Positions 1-12,498 of a DNA stretch of 64,000 nucleotides are shown here, one piece after another (position 1 is the stretch's first letter; every line of letters starts with the position of its first letter). This DNA comes from Lama glama (taxonomy: Eukaryota). The stretch covers positions 17,176,001-17,240,000 of the forward strand of contig CM052818.1 in NCBI GenBank assembly GCA_028534125.1. The letters are read 5' to 3'. The position numbers and the translations under genes are program-made. The notes under the pieces were generated by a model that worked only from the letters and a program-made list of their open reading frames with translations, ran no database searches and was not told the DNA's origin.

Positions 1-929
1 TCACTACCCATTCTCCATTTCCACCACTCTCTCCATCCTTTGCCAACCACAATGAACTGGCAATTCTCAGCTTCGTGCACCTGCTTCCATCCATCCCGAA
101 TGCCTGTTTCGATAAGGGAAATGAGCAGTGGGCCTTCAGACTCAGCTCAGGCACCCACTCCCTGACGCCTGTGTTTTCCCAGCTTCCCTGAAGACGCTCC
201 TGAACCTTTGCACAAGACCATTCTAGGAAACTTTGTAGTGCTTTTCTGCTAAATTTACATGTTCACCTGTATCCCCTCAGGTTGTGTGCGTCTGTGTGGC
301 TCAGGGTTGGTGGAATCTGAGATGTGCACAGGAGTGGCAAGGAAGGTATATATATGTATGTAATTAGTGTTTGGCGCATTATCTAGTTGATTATAAATGT
401 ACAATGACATTCGCCAATTGAATGAATAAATATCTAAATCAATGAAAATATATCAAATTTTCAATGAAATGTCATTAAAAAATCTTTATTTCTAAATTCT
501 TTAAGAAACTCTGGCATAGAATTAAGCTTCAGCTAAATGGGATTTTGTGGAATTGAAGTAAACTGGTTTCATGAATTAGCTATTTAACTTAACACCAAAT
601 TAGCCTACAAATGTGTAGAAATTCTTTTGTAGAGTTACTGTGTGCACAATACAGAAATCCACATTTGAAGAGTAAGACTAGAATAGAATAGAATACCTAC
701 AATAAATTGGAACTGGGCATTATTTGTACCTTGTATATGGAAATGTAGGTAGAAAAAAACTGTGCTGAATCCCTATTAACTTTGTAAGATACCTAAGAAG
801 TGATGTAAACAAAAGCATTCTTTGCAAACCACTCCCCTCCACCTTCTTCAGTTTAATGTGTAATTTTGTAAACTTATGTTCATTTTCCCAAAGTTTTCTT
901 TGTTTGTCATTGAATGGACCTATACTCAC

Positions 930-1311
930 CCTTTAACTAATTCAACCACAATAAAGTCATTTCCATCCCCACTGTTATATAGAATTAGTCCATCTAGGGA
1001 TGTTGTCTTGAACTGGAAAAAAAGATGCATAGAAGTGTAGGCTTGCAACGTAGCTAAGGCAACATAGCTCGATTTGGTCTTGAAGGTGACAGGGTCTGCT
1101 ATGATGTTCCTGAAGCCAAACCTGGCATTGAGCTCACAATAATCTATGTCGCCATTTTTACACAAGTCGATGTACGCCATCCCATTAAACGTCAGGCTCT
1201 GCAGGTGGCCAATGAAATTGGAGGGAACAGAAGACAGATACCGCCGTTCTGTGATGATGCCAGTCTCTATGTTATGAAACTCCAGCCTCGTATGATCCCC
1301 TGCCATTTGCC
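930..1311 (-). CDS. NRXN1: NRXN1 alpha coding exon (commonly exon 14), 382 nt: end of LNS4 and start of LNS5
   Basis: Translates to (G)[127 protein letters not shown], which I recognise as neurexin-1. Acceptor ccctttcag|GG at 1314-1312; donor AAAGG|gtgagt at 929-928. Phase 1 in, phase 2 out. Confidence 0.97.
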
Positions 1312-1587
1312 CTGAAAGGGAAGATAACGTATTATTATTTTCTGCATCTGAAAGGCACTTTAAGCTTTAGGCTTCCATAACTGTATCTCACATTTTAAAA
1401 TGCAAGGATCCACATACCTCCTTGATATTCAGCTATATATACAGTAAAAACAGAGAAATGACCTTACAGGGTGAAGCTGAATTAAATAACAAAACTTTCT
1501 TAGGTCAAGTTTTAATCTCTGTCCAAATTTTAGCCTTAACAAAAATGATCTTCATTAACTAAAGCTGAAGAATTTTTTTAAAGGTGT

Positions 1588-1706
1588 AAGAAAGAATAAA
1601 AGAAGGAAGAAATGAAGGAAGGAAGGGAGGAAAAAAAAGTAGGAAGGAGAAGGGGAGAGAAAGGAAAAGAAAGGAGGGGAGGAAGGAACGGAAGGAAGGG
1701 AGAAGG
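1588..1706. repeat. GGAA/GA-rich purine tract
   Basis: aagaaagaataaaagaaggaagaaatgaaggaaggaagggagg...ggaaggaacggaaggaagggagaagg. Confidence 0.9.
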
Positions 1707-4279
1707 ATTAGGAGCAATGACTGTCCTAAATCATCCCAGTAGAAAGCCATACAGCACAGCTTCATGGGGATGTGATGTTTTGCTTTATAAAGAATGTGCT
1801 TCAAGAAAACAAAAAATAACTGCATATTTTCCTATTCCCATAGAAATAATGAAGAGCTGCGGACTATTCTCCTAATAATGAACCATGAAAATGTGTTTGA
1901 AATTAATTATGTACTTTTCATCTTCCCTTTTCTGTATGAATCATTCCCAGTCATTCCTAGAACCAGGGCTCTCCTGATCATGGTAGACTTTCTTTTGCTC
2001 TCTTCTGGACCTCTGCCACTTTCCTTGCACTTATGTTTTGGATACCTAAACGGAGCACAGTACACCAGTTCAAGACATGCCCAATTTTGAGAATTCCAGT
2101 AAAATTAGCCCATGTCACCACAAGGTATAAACTTTAAACACTCTAGCGTGAAGCTTGGCTGCCCATTTATTTAGTGATTCACTCTTCAACTCAACCCCCA
2201 TCCCTGTTCATCGGCCATATTTCTCCACCACCCCCATTAAAAGCCAATCTAGTCCCATCTTTACCTCCAGAGTGATAACTGTACCTACCTGCAAGGCTGA
2301 AGTCAAAGTGAAGATCTCAGTGAGCTTGTTTTCTAAAGCACAGTGTAAAATACTCTTATCATTGTTAGTGATTCGCTCCCAGCATCTTGTTCTTATCTAA
2401 TTAAACTGTCACTCACTTTCCTCAGAAACTCAAAAAGGTCATTTAAATTGCAATCAAGTTCTTCCAGGTGCTAGTGCCACTACTCAATTTGGCATAATTG
2501 GAAAATGCATTGAGCTTATCCTGTCCCATCATCCATGACATTAATGAAAATATTAATTAGAGCCAATCCCAGGATCAGCCCCTGAGAAAATGCACTGAAT
2601 CTTCTTTCTGGGTGTAATGAAGATTGAACACCCCTCCTCCAACCAGTCTGACAGATTTCCATTTCTTTAACTCAAGACAAGAAAATACTAGGTGGCATTG
2701 TAAAGGGAAGGCCTGTAAGTAGATCATAAAAGTCATACTTTTTGTTGTGCAAGAAAAACTCCCTGCATACTAAATTGATTATGATGCTAATAAACTCATT
2801 GGTGTAGAAAACTCTCCCCCGAGCTGTACTTAGCTCTGCTTAATTTTCACACCTCTTTACTAGTCCCTTGATCTTGGCAACGGCAGTCCTGTCATCCCTG
2901 GACTGTTTTCAGTTATTAGTTTGTTCTGATTCCTTCTCTGCAAATGTGATTTTTTTTAATACAAAAGAATACCACTGTAAACAGCTGTCTCTCCTCCCTT
3001 GTCCCCGCTATGCCTCCCTCTTGTTTCTCCCATGCAAAAATACTATTAAATCCTTAGCAATTCTGGTTTCTCCTATGACGTCAGTTTTCTCCCCTTCTTC
3101 AACTCCTTTGTTCAATGACCTCAATACTACTTACTGTCTGGAACTACCTCTTTGGTAGCAAATAAAATTAGCCTTTAATAATTTTTCAGACAGAAATCTC
3201 TAGAGACACTGAATTAACAAGCTATATGGAATGAAGAATATGCAAAGCTAAAAAAAATCAGTTGGGCATTTATATCTCCTTCTGTTGCTTATTTTATCTT
3301 TTTCCTTATCTTAAAATTTGAGTCTTAACTCAGTGAACCCACCCTGATCCTGAAACTGTCATGTTTCTTCTTAAAAGCTCCATTAAGGAACCAACTGATA
3401 GTAATGGAATATCCAGGTAAAAAATATTTCTTATACTTAAAATTAAATACGACTCCAAATCGTCAAGGTCTTGGCAGCTCTGCATTAGGGAAGCACATTT
3501 TGTTCAGCAGGACTGAGCGGTTTCAGTGATAAAAATAACACGTAATGTCTGTTTTCTTTTCTCAAAGGAATAGACTATGTGTGCAGAGCATAAATAATAA
3601 AAAAGTAGTTAAGCAGTATTAAGCAACCATGGCCCAGTTACAAGAAAAATCACGACGGTCCGTGTTCAAGAGCCCATTCCTCCTTTAATAAGCATCTATA
3701 AATCGCATTGACAGTAATGGCAGATTAGCTCGCTCATGGGGGAGAATTAGCACCTAAAATCCATTATCCACTGGCTAAGGAAACATTAAGTGCTGCCTTT
3801 GAAAAATTCTTTTTTCCTCAGAATTCATTCCAGTGTTTAATCCACTGTCAGCAATGTAGCCACCTCTGCTATTGTATACCTAAATTAAGAGGAAAAAAAA
3901 AAAAAGGACCTCGAAGGAGAAATATTTTTAAGGCTCCACTTATTTAAAAATGCATTGTCTTCTCCAGAGATTTAGCGGAAAGGAGAATTCAGAATTAGCA
4001 AAAGGCCTCCGATCAAAGTGTCTGGGGTATCCAGGTTGATGATAATCTCCAGTAAGAAACAACCGCCTGGGTGGTATGTTTGCAGAGAAATCTCAGTATC
4101 TAAACCAAATCGTTTTTTACCAAAACAGACAGCAGGGTCTGCTATTTTATATTGAGCCTTGTTCTGAGTGGCGTTAAACTTCTGCTGCAGAACCAAACAA
4201 CTCCCTCTCCCCAGCCTTACATCCACTTGTTAATTCACTTGCAGTTATGGGAAGTTATTATGAGTATGTGGTATATGTA

Positions 4280-5240
4280 TGAGTCAAGTGCTGTATCCAG
4301 CAAGTAAGAAATAATACTGAGAGGAACAGGCTTGGCTCCTGTTTTCACAAAATGCATGGTCTACTAGGGGAAGGCAGATGAAAGCACTTAAGAAAATTAA
4401 ATATATAACAATAAAACTCAGAAAAATGCCATGAATTTGATGAATGGGGTGTTGTGTTGGTAAATACGAAATGGGGATGGAAGTGGCTGAGTTGATGTTT
4501 AAGTGAAATTTGAAGGATTAGAAACAAAAAGCCACTACTATATATAAAATAGATAAACAGCAAGTTTATACTGTAGTGCACAGGAAACTATATTCAATAT
4601 CTTGTAGTAACCTACAATGAAAAAGAATATGAAAACGAATATATGCATGTATATATATGACTGAATTATTATGCTGTACACCAGAAATTGACACAATATT
4701 GTAAACTGACGATACTTCAGTTTCAAAAAAAGTAAATTAAATTAAGTTAAAAAAAGAAAAAAAGAGAGGAAGAGAGAACCATGCTAAGAACTGAAGAACA
4801 GGGGTGGGGAGGTGGATTCCAGGAGGGAGAAACAGATGAGCAGAGGCTCTCGGCTGAGAAAGAGCTAAGAGTGTGGCTGAAGAGTCATGAGTAAGTGAGG
4901 TTAGTGGCTCAGATGGGATGGGAAGAGGAGTCAGGGGTCAGATATCACAGTGTCTTCTGATTATATGAGGAGCTATTGAAGGGTTTTAGGCAGATGTAAA
5001 CTATGAGTCTGTGTGTGTGTATTTAATCTCTCTGATGTGGATATAATGGCTTAGAGACAATCTGAAATAAAGTGTTGACAGAAGAAATGAAAAAAATGGA
5101 CAAAATAAGATAATTTTGCAGACAGAATATGCAGGCTTTACTAATATGTACAGAATGACGGGGAAGAAGGAAATAATGAGGATGCCGGCTTCCAGGCTTG
5201 GATAACCAGACACATGGTGAATAGTGTTTAACGAAGGACA
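4280..5240 (-). mobile_element. Ancient L2 remnant, interrupted by the L1 fragment
   Basis: Typical antisense L2 phrases (gtcaagtgctgt..., atttgaagga..., gagctattgaagggttttaggcag, ggcttccaggcttggataacc). Boundaries approximate. Confidence 0.6.
4531..4765 (+). mobile_element. Short 5'-truncated lineage-specific (camelid-like) L1 3' end, nested in an L2 remnant
   Basis: tatataaaatagataaa...actatattcaatatcttgtagtaacc...tgctgtacaccagaaattgacaca...tacttca followed by an A-rich tail. Same sequence family as 9415-9892 and 26738-27385. Confidence 0.85.
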
Positions 5241-7329
5241 CACTCATCAACATACACACACATACAGAACACACAACTCCAGATTTTTTAGATGGACTAA
5301 GCAACATGTTGAACCCTAAGCACTCCCCACAGGGGATCCCATTGAGTGTGCAGAACCCTTTCTCATCTGAGCCCTGGGGAATTTCTCCCTTCTTGGGCTT
5401 CTTTGCTCACCCTCATCAGCCCAGGTGAGGTGCGGACATTCCCAAGGATGATCTGAGTGTGTACTGTTCTGGGCTCAACAGATATGGGACTTAATGTGTA
5501 TATACAACGCTGATTTACAGATGCAGTCAAATGTAGGGCTTTGCATGAAGAGTATGCAGGAGTTTCCTTTAACAATTTTTTCCTGTTCAGCGATTTCTGA
5601 CATGCCGCAAAATTTCATAAGATACCCTGATTGCTTTCCTGATTCATGGCTGACTTCATTTGGCCACTAGAGTGTTTGAAAACAATCCCATTCTGAATGA
5701 AGCCTCGATGGCGAGGTTCCAGCACTGTCTTTGGAAACATCCTCTATGCTGTATAACTCAAGGCTGACTTTGTATTCTTATGGATGGTTGACTTCCAGGA
5801 GATCTATGGCAAAACATAATTCCCCAAATGTGAATCACCCTGATGAAACTCATGAAGGTAAATTACTGTGAAAAACAAAAACAAAACGTTGTCTTCAGCT
5901 CTGAGCAGCAAGATGCTGGGAGCTGGGAAAGGAAAGAGGTGGGGTGGAGTACTGGGGGCAGAATGCACAATTTGGGTGAATCACCAGTGTTTACGTGGTT
6001 TATATTCCCATTCATCTGTAAATTCTGAGAAAGAGCAAGTTGGTTTCCACAACTGAAAAACATTTCAACTCCTACAGAACAGAGGACAGAATCTAATTTC
6101 TGCTCTAAGGCCTTGGCAGTTTGCAGAAAGAGTAAGTGGCAGGCTACCTTACTGAAATGCTAGTTTGTATTTTGTTCTTCCTTCTGTTCTGAGAAAGTAG
6201 CCAAGTCCCTGTAGCACTTTGCCTCAAAGGCGTTTTCCTGGCAGAGAGTGGAAGACGACTTTCTGGAAAACAATCCCTCTTCCAATCTTTTCTGAAGGCC
6301 TAGTGTGTGAGGTGTTCCAGAAAGGAAAAACAAAAGTGAGCACAAAGCATCTGAGGGCTGAACTAGAGGGGAGATTACCATTAACTAGGGGAGAGATGAA
6401 CTCTGGTGGGACTTAGGGGGACTGAGTGCCAGCACCCGGATCTCTGGTCAGGTTGAGGGATTCAGAGAGAGTCACTGAGATAAACACAGGTGAACTTGAC
6501 CAGCGCTCTTAGGCTGCAGAAGTCAGCAAGGACCCTCTGCCTCATTTAGGACCAGAGCAACAGGCTTCTTGCAATCCAAAAGACAAATTTAGAAACCTGT
6601 CTTTTTGGTGAGAACCAGGGGAAACAGAAGCCAACAGGAGCTTCTGCACGATCCAGCGTGAAGGTGGGAGTGGGGGCCCCGTGACTATGATTAAACATCC
6701 TGTAAACCCAGAAGAAAGCCCTCAAGTTTGATGTAAACTGATAGAAAGACCATTAAGAAACATGCCGTTTCTTGCACTCTTGACTTGGGGTGGACTAAGA
6801 TCCATATTATAATCTTAGTAATACCTGCTGGGAAAAAATCTGCTAAACAAACACGTTGGAATATATTTGCCTTCCAAAGTTGGCAGTTTTAAAAAGGAAT
6901 TCCTTTTCTTTCAGATCATAAGCCAGACCTCAGCAATGGCTTATGAATTCCTAATGAGGACTTAGGTGCCAGGGTCCTCAAAATCAACCAGCCAAGGAGA
7001 TACGGGTGACATCACCATGCAGAGGCAGTCCATGCCTGGAAGCAGAAGTGTGGAAACACATGATGTTACCTTAGGAATAACTCCCCAACAGAGTCAATTC
7101 TTTCTGAGTTCACCTTTGAATCCATCATTTATTTGTTCCTACGTCTATATAAGTATCTTTTAATTCTGCTTTCTAAAATTAGGGTTGCTGGTGGGAGATA
7201 AATGCACGATCATTTACGTAAACAAAGGAATGTTTTATTCACTGGAAGCTGAAGAAGGAAACTCACTAACATAGAATATAACTATTCATTTAGAAGTTTC
7301 GTAAGAATCTATGCAACTGAACAGATACA

Positions 7330-7956
7330 GCTTACATTTTTTAAATGAAAATTAGATGGCAATGCATTTAAGAAACATTCCTGGAACTTTCTGTTACACT
7401 AAACACTTTCACACTCTATTCATCACTTCTTAATTCAAAAATGTGCTACACTGATTTTAAAAGCAAGCTAAGTTCTATACACAACTGTAATTAAATACAA
7501 AAAATGGGAAAGAAAAAAAAGTAAACTGAATTAAAAATCAATCGTATTTCTAATGAATATTATAACTACCCTAAAGGGAAAGGAAGGAAGGAAGAGGAAG
7601 AAAAAAAAGAAGAAAGGAACTAATCAAAGTTATTTATAAACTTAGCATTTGACTACATACATTAAGTCTTAGGCAGTAAGGGGTGAGAAGAATCGTAGAC
7701 TAATCCTGAACAGCTTTTAGTTGGTTTATTGCTTGTGGTGGCCTGAGCAACTTAAAGCAATTGTGAAACTACTGTAGACGTGTTACTGCATTGGGCAAAT
7801 GAGAAAATGACATCACTGGGAGCCAAGATTCCACCGTGGAAGAAGGGATATGAAAACATGGGAGATGAACACAAGAAACAGTGCTATAGATACAGAAGTG
7901 CTAGTGTGAACTGATGGTTTCTAAAATGTGTGTATAGGCATGTTTATGTGAACATG

Positions 7957-7992
<36 letters not shown>

Positions 7993-9370
7993 GTGTCTGT
8001 GTATATACTTGGATATATCTCCTATCTTAGCCTTCTGAAAGAGTCACAAAGAACACTCTCCACTAGCATTGAGCATACCAGCCACCTAGGTCTTGGTATA
8101 TAAGTTCATTCTCTACTAAATGGAAAGTAAATGGCTGATTCCAGGGCTGGGGCACGGGAGGTAAAAGTTGTGCATAAAATACCCTGTTACATCAGAAAGT
8201 GAGGAAGTGCTAAAAAAAAAAAAAAAGTTTGGGTGGAGGCATGTCACAAGATCACAGAGACCAACTTCATGGGACTCACACTGGCCCAAACTGGGACATT
8301 TTGAGCCCCCCAAAAATTAAGTAAAGTAATTATAAACTATTTGAAAATAGAAATGTATGGGCCCATAACAAGAAAGGAAGGAAGGGAGGAGGGGAAAGGG
8401 AGGGGAAAGAGGGAAAGAAAAAGAAAAGAAAGGGAAAGACATGAAAAACAAAAGAAAAGAAAGAGAAAGAAGGGAGAGCTCTTGTTTACAGTACAATGCT
8501 AAATGCTGACTATAAATGTACAAAGAGTGATGGAGTTTGAAAATAATCACTTGTAACTACTGTGCTGGAGAATCAGGTAGAAGTCTCAGTGGATGATACA
8601 GCTAGGGCAATTGTTTGATGAAGTACAGGACATTTTCATTGTCTTAATATATGTCTCTCCACAGACAGTTTATTAGTTGCAATGAAGAAAAACATACTAT
8701 TCATACAGTGGAAAAGCCAGGCAACACGTTAACCAAGTGTTAAAACCGTGAGTCAAGAGCATGGACATCATTTACTTCCAGACGGGATCCTGTAAGAAGA
8801 CCACACCATCAACAATGTGGTATTTCATCCAAGAACTGAAAACCTGAATTTAATCATGAGGAAACATCAGACAAAGACGGATTTAACATCAATAAAAGGT
8901 GGGAGGATTATATATTTTAAAAATGTCAATGTCCTGAAAGACAAAGAAAATCTTTGGAACTGTTTTTGATTAAAGGAAGCTAAAGAGACATGAAAACTAA
9001 ATGTAGTATCTGACCCTCGGCTGCATGCTCTGCTGGAGGCAAAAATGCTATAAAAGACAACATTGGGTCAACTGACGAAACGGGAATATGGGTGAGAGAA
9101 CAGATAAAATATACTGTATTAATGACAAATCTACGGACATTGGTAACTCTTAATTTGTTATGTAAAGGGGTATCCCTATTTTTAGAAAATGCACACTGAA
9201 GTGTTTAGGGTGAAGGACTATTAAGTATGTAACTTATCTTCAATTGGTTAAGGAAAAAAATGAGAGAGAGTGAAGGTGTCAAAGCAAACAGAGTAACACA
9301 CAATAGGAAGGCATACCAGTGTTCTTTGTATTTTTTTACTTTAGAAATAATTTCAGATTTCTAAATAAAA
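7330..9370 (+). mobile_element. Old L1M (L1MC/MD-like) 3' region
   Basis: Recognisable old-L1 3'UTR phrases (ggcccaaactgggacattttgagc, aacctgaatttaatcatgaggaaacatcagacaaa, gattaaaggaagctaaagagacatgaaaactaaatg, cacactgaagtgtttaggg). Subfamily and ends approximate. Confidence 0.7.
7959..7990. repeat. (GT)16 microsatellite
   Basis: Perfect GT run read directly. Confidence 0.95.
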
Positions 9371-9414
9371 CTTTCACAGAACATTGACAGATGACTGGAT
9401 CAGGAAGTTGTTTT

Positions 9415-9892
9415 ACACACACACACACACACACTCAGCTATAAAAAAGAATAAAATAATGCCATCTGCATCAACATGGATGGACCTACAGATCATTCTT
9501 CTAAGTGAAGTAAGCCAGAAAGAGAAAGAAAAATACCATACGATCACTTATATGTAGAATCTAAACAAAATGGATACAAATGAGCTTATTTACAAAACAG
9601 AAAGAGACTCATAGACATAGAAAAGAAACTTATGGTTACCAGTGGGGAAAGGGGGTGAGAAGGGATAAATTAGGAGCCCGAGATTTGCAGATACTAACTA
9701 CTATATATAAAATAGATAAAAAACAAGTTCCTACGGTATAGCACAAGGAACTATATTCAATATCTTGTAATAACCTATAATAAAAAAGAGTATGAAAAGG
9801 AATATTTATATACGTATAACTGAATCACTGGGCTGTACACCAGAAATTAACACAACGTTGTAAATTGATTGTACTTCAACAACAACAAAAAA
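9415..9892 (+). mobile_element. Lineage-specific L1 3' end with a 5' (CA)n
   Basis: ORF2 tail and 3'UTR: aataatgccatctgcatcaacatggatggaccta...ctaagtgaagtaagccagaaagagaaagaaaaatacc...gctgtacaccagaaattaacacaac, ending in an A-rich tail. Confidence 0.88.
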
Positions 9893-10639
9893 TGTGTTGC
9901 ATTAGTCTTTTGTTTCTACACTTTCTTGATCCACTGTTGTTCAGGACTTACTACTCCACATCCTGAAGCATCTAGTATACTGCTCAGGATTCATTTTGCT
10001 CAAAAAATATTCTCTCAGCTTGTTTTCCAGCTTAAATGCAGCAACTTCCAATTGCCTAAAAGTCCATAAAATATGAACTCCTTCACCCAGAGCACTGAAC
10101 TATTGGTCCCCAAAGACCATTCAAGCTGTGTCAACCACTTTATGGTCACATGAAACAAAACAAACCTTCTCTGTTCCCTGAATATTAATTTGTCTGCCTG
10201 GCCCCATCCAAGCCATTCTTCCCTGTGTGGAATGCTCACTCACATACTTTTATCAACATCTGCATTATTCTTTCTTTACAGCTAGTTAAAATATCATCTA
10301 CTGCTTTAACCTATCCCTGAAACCAAGGTCCCCAACCTCTCTTCTGAACCCCAAGAACATGAATTGTTTGTTCAACCATTAGTCTATCATGTACTACCCT
10401 AGATGATCAGTTACTGTGTGATTTTGCTGTGTTTATGTATTATCCTCATAAAATGATGTGATGTCTGGAAGAGTACACATCATAGTGTCATGCATTTATT
10501 AGGACAGTAATAAATATAAGTAAGTGAAACCTGAGTCAAAAAGCAAACAAACTTTTTTTTTTTAATTGACCAAATTAAAAAAAAAAACAAAAACCCTAGG
10601 ATCTCTCTCAGTTCTGGTAACAATAATGGCATTTCAAAC

Positions 10640-10745
10640 AAACAAGTCATTTAATCTCTTTGAACCTCAGGTTCTTCATCTATAAAATGGGGATGTATAT
10701 ACCCTATCTGCTTCATAGGGCTGTGTGAGATCGGAGACATGCTTA
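10640..10745 (+). mobile_element. MIR SINE core fragment
   Basis: aagtcatttaatctctttgaacctcaggttcttcatctataaaatgggga...catagggctgtgtgaga. Confidence 0.75.
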
Positions 10746-12198
10746 AGGGACTAAAGAATGTTCCACTGTGATTCTCACATGTCCTTGTCCCTGGCATTTA
10801 TTTCTTCCCAAACTCTTGCACATGACCTTAGACCCTAACTGTTCATTTCTACCCCTTTTGAGAAAACCCAGATTGTCCAATCAATGGATGCTAATCTACA
10901 AAGACAAGTCATTCCTCTTCCAAGAACTGCCCTTGACCAAAACTAGCTGAACTTCAGTGGATATGCCTGCCAAAGCCTACAAAAATTCTGCCTTCCTTCC
11001 CTGAGTTCAACAGTTCCTTTAGAACATTCTCATGCTTGGCAATAAACGCATATGCTAAGGTCTCTCTGTGTCACTTTCTTCCTCATAGAATAACATAACG
11101 CAGCATAGCAGTGGGTTTTAAATGTCAATCCACAGACCAAATGCATTAGTGTTCTTTGGAGAAATTTTAAGAAAAAAAAATCTATAAAATAATGGGCTCT
11201 TTCTATACTTTCTGTGGTGTCAAGTCAGGATTTGATCCTTTTAAAGCTCTTCAGATGATTCTAAAACAAAGCAAATTTGCCCCCACATGCAGAAAAAGTT
11301 TTGGTAATGAAATATAAGACAGTAAGAGATCTCTGAGTTGGTAGCTTGCTTCATTTGAACTCAGGAATGATCTCTTCAAAGTTAAAACCCCATGCAGGGT
11401 ATTCCCACACTGATACAGCCAGCTGATCTCTGAGTATGGAAACCCCCTTGAGACTGAATGTAGAACAGACACTTCTCTGCTGCACAAGGACCATCGTGTG
11501 CCTTGTACTGAAATAATTAACCAGAAGATGTTCTCTGAAAAAGAAAAAGGAGCTAATATCCCAGGAGGTCATGTGCTTGAAGTTATTTTCAGCACAGAGA
11601 ATAAAGGTGCACCGACTCCTCTTTCATTTGGTTTCCCTGTGTCTCCGGGGTGGACCTTTATATGGCTCACCTCGGGGAGGAATTGACAAATCAGGGATTT
11701 GAACTTGACATTCTTAACATTAGAGTTGAACCAACGGAGCTAAATGGCCAAAAATGATCTATGATAGCTTAAAATAAAAAGCGGTTCACCTGACAGGATA
11801 CTAGCATATCTGTCAATTTACCCAGAAACTAGAAAGTCTAACGTGCTGCTCGTTCCTCGCCTAAATATATAAGCAAAGAAACTGAACAGAAATTGTCATC
11901 CAAACAATGACTTCAATATTTTATGAAGCCCTAAGATATTTATCAAGCCATAAAGTTAAAGTATAGTATAACTTCTTCTTGAATTATTAAATGGAAAAGA
12001 ACATGACCAAAAAGCGTTGCTCATTTGAGAGGAAAAAACACTTAAGATGCTGCTTATTGAATTTAATTGTTGCTGGAAGAGCTGTAATAAAAAATTAACT
12101 GTGTGTATCAGCTTCACTTGGTTTTCAAAGTCACCTGCAAGGAACAGTAAAGTCTAAAGCTTCAATGAAAGCAAAGGTGATGGGGGCGGAGGGCTTAC

Positions 12199-12321
12199 CT
12201 GTCATGGCCTGTTGGTCATCCACCGTTAACTTTAAACTTTTTCCGCGACGAACCACACGCACTGTGTGCCATTCGTTATCATTGAGGTTATAGCCGGCAA
12301 AAAGGGTCTCGGGACCTTTGC
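12199..12321 (-). CDS. NRXN1: NRXN1 alpha coding exon (commonly exon 13), 123 nt, LNS4, immediately downstream of splice site 3 (SS3)
   Basis: Encodes (S/G)[40 protein letters not shown](G). Acceptor ttctacag|GC; donor ACAG|gtaagc. Phase 1/1, splices in frame to the 930-1311 exon. [14 protein letters not shown] is the NRXN1-type sequence rather than NRXN2 or NRXN3. Confidence 0.97.
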
Positions 12322-12384
12322 CTGTAGAATATGCCAAACAGTCATTATGGACACTCAGAATCAGTCAAGCAAATGAACCTCACA

Positions 12385-12498
12385 GAGAGTGAGAGAAAGA
12401 GACAAAGAAAGGGGGAAAGCGAGAGAGAGGGAGGAGAGAGAAGAGAGAAACGAAAGAAAGAGAAGAGAGAGAAAGGAGACAAAAAGAGAGAGAAGAGA
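12385..12498. repeat. GA-rich tract (CU-rich on the NRXN1 sense strand) upstream of the 12199-12321 exon
   Basis: gagagtgagagaaagagacaaagaaagggggaaagcgagagagagggaggagagagaagagagaaacg...agagagagaagaga. Confidence 0.9.

Noticed and set aside
1559..1875. Hydrophobic (F/L/P/S) and basic (E/G/R/K) ORFs, and similar ones at 8317-8550 and 12345-12566
   Set aside because: Translations of GA/CT simple repeats.
6200..7100. Possible very old L1/HAL1 5' remnant upstream of the L1MC-like block
   Set aside because: Too degraded to support by eye; needs a Dfam search.
12322..12380. Upstream alternative acceptor (gtgag|) adding 57 nt to exon 13
   Set aside because: GAG acceptors are weak, and the extension has an in-frame TGA (x-GT TCA TTT GCT TGA).
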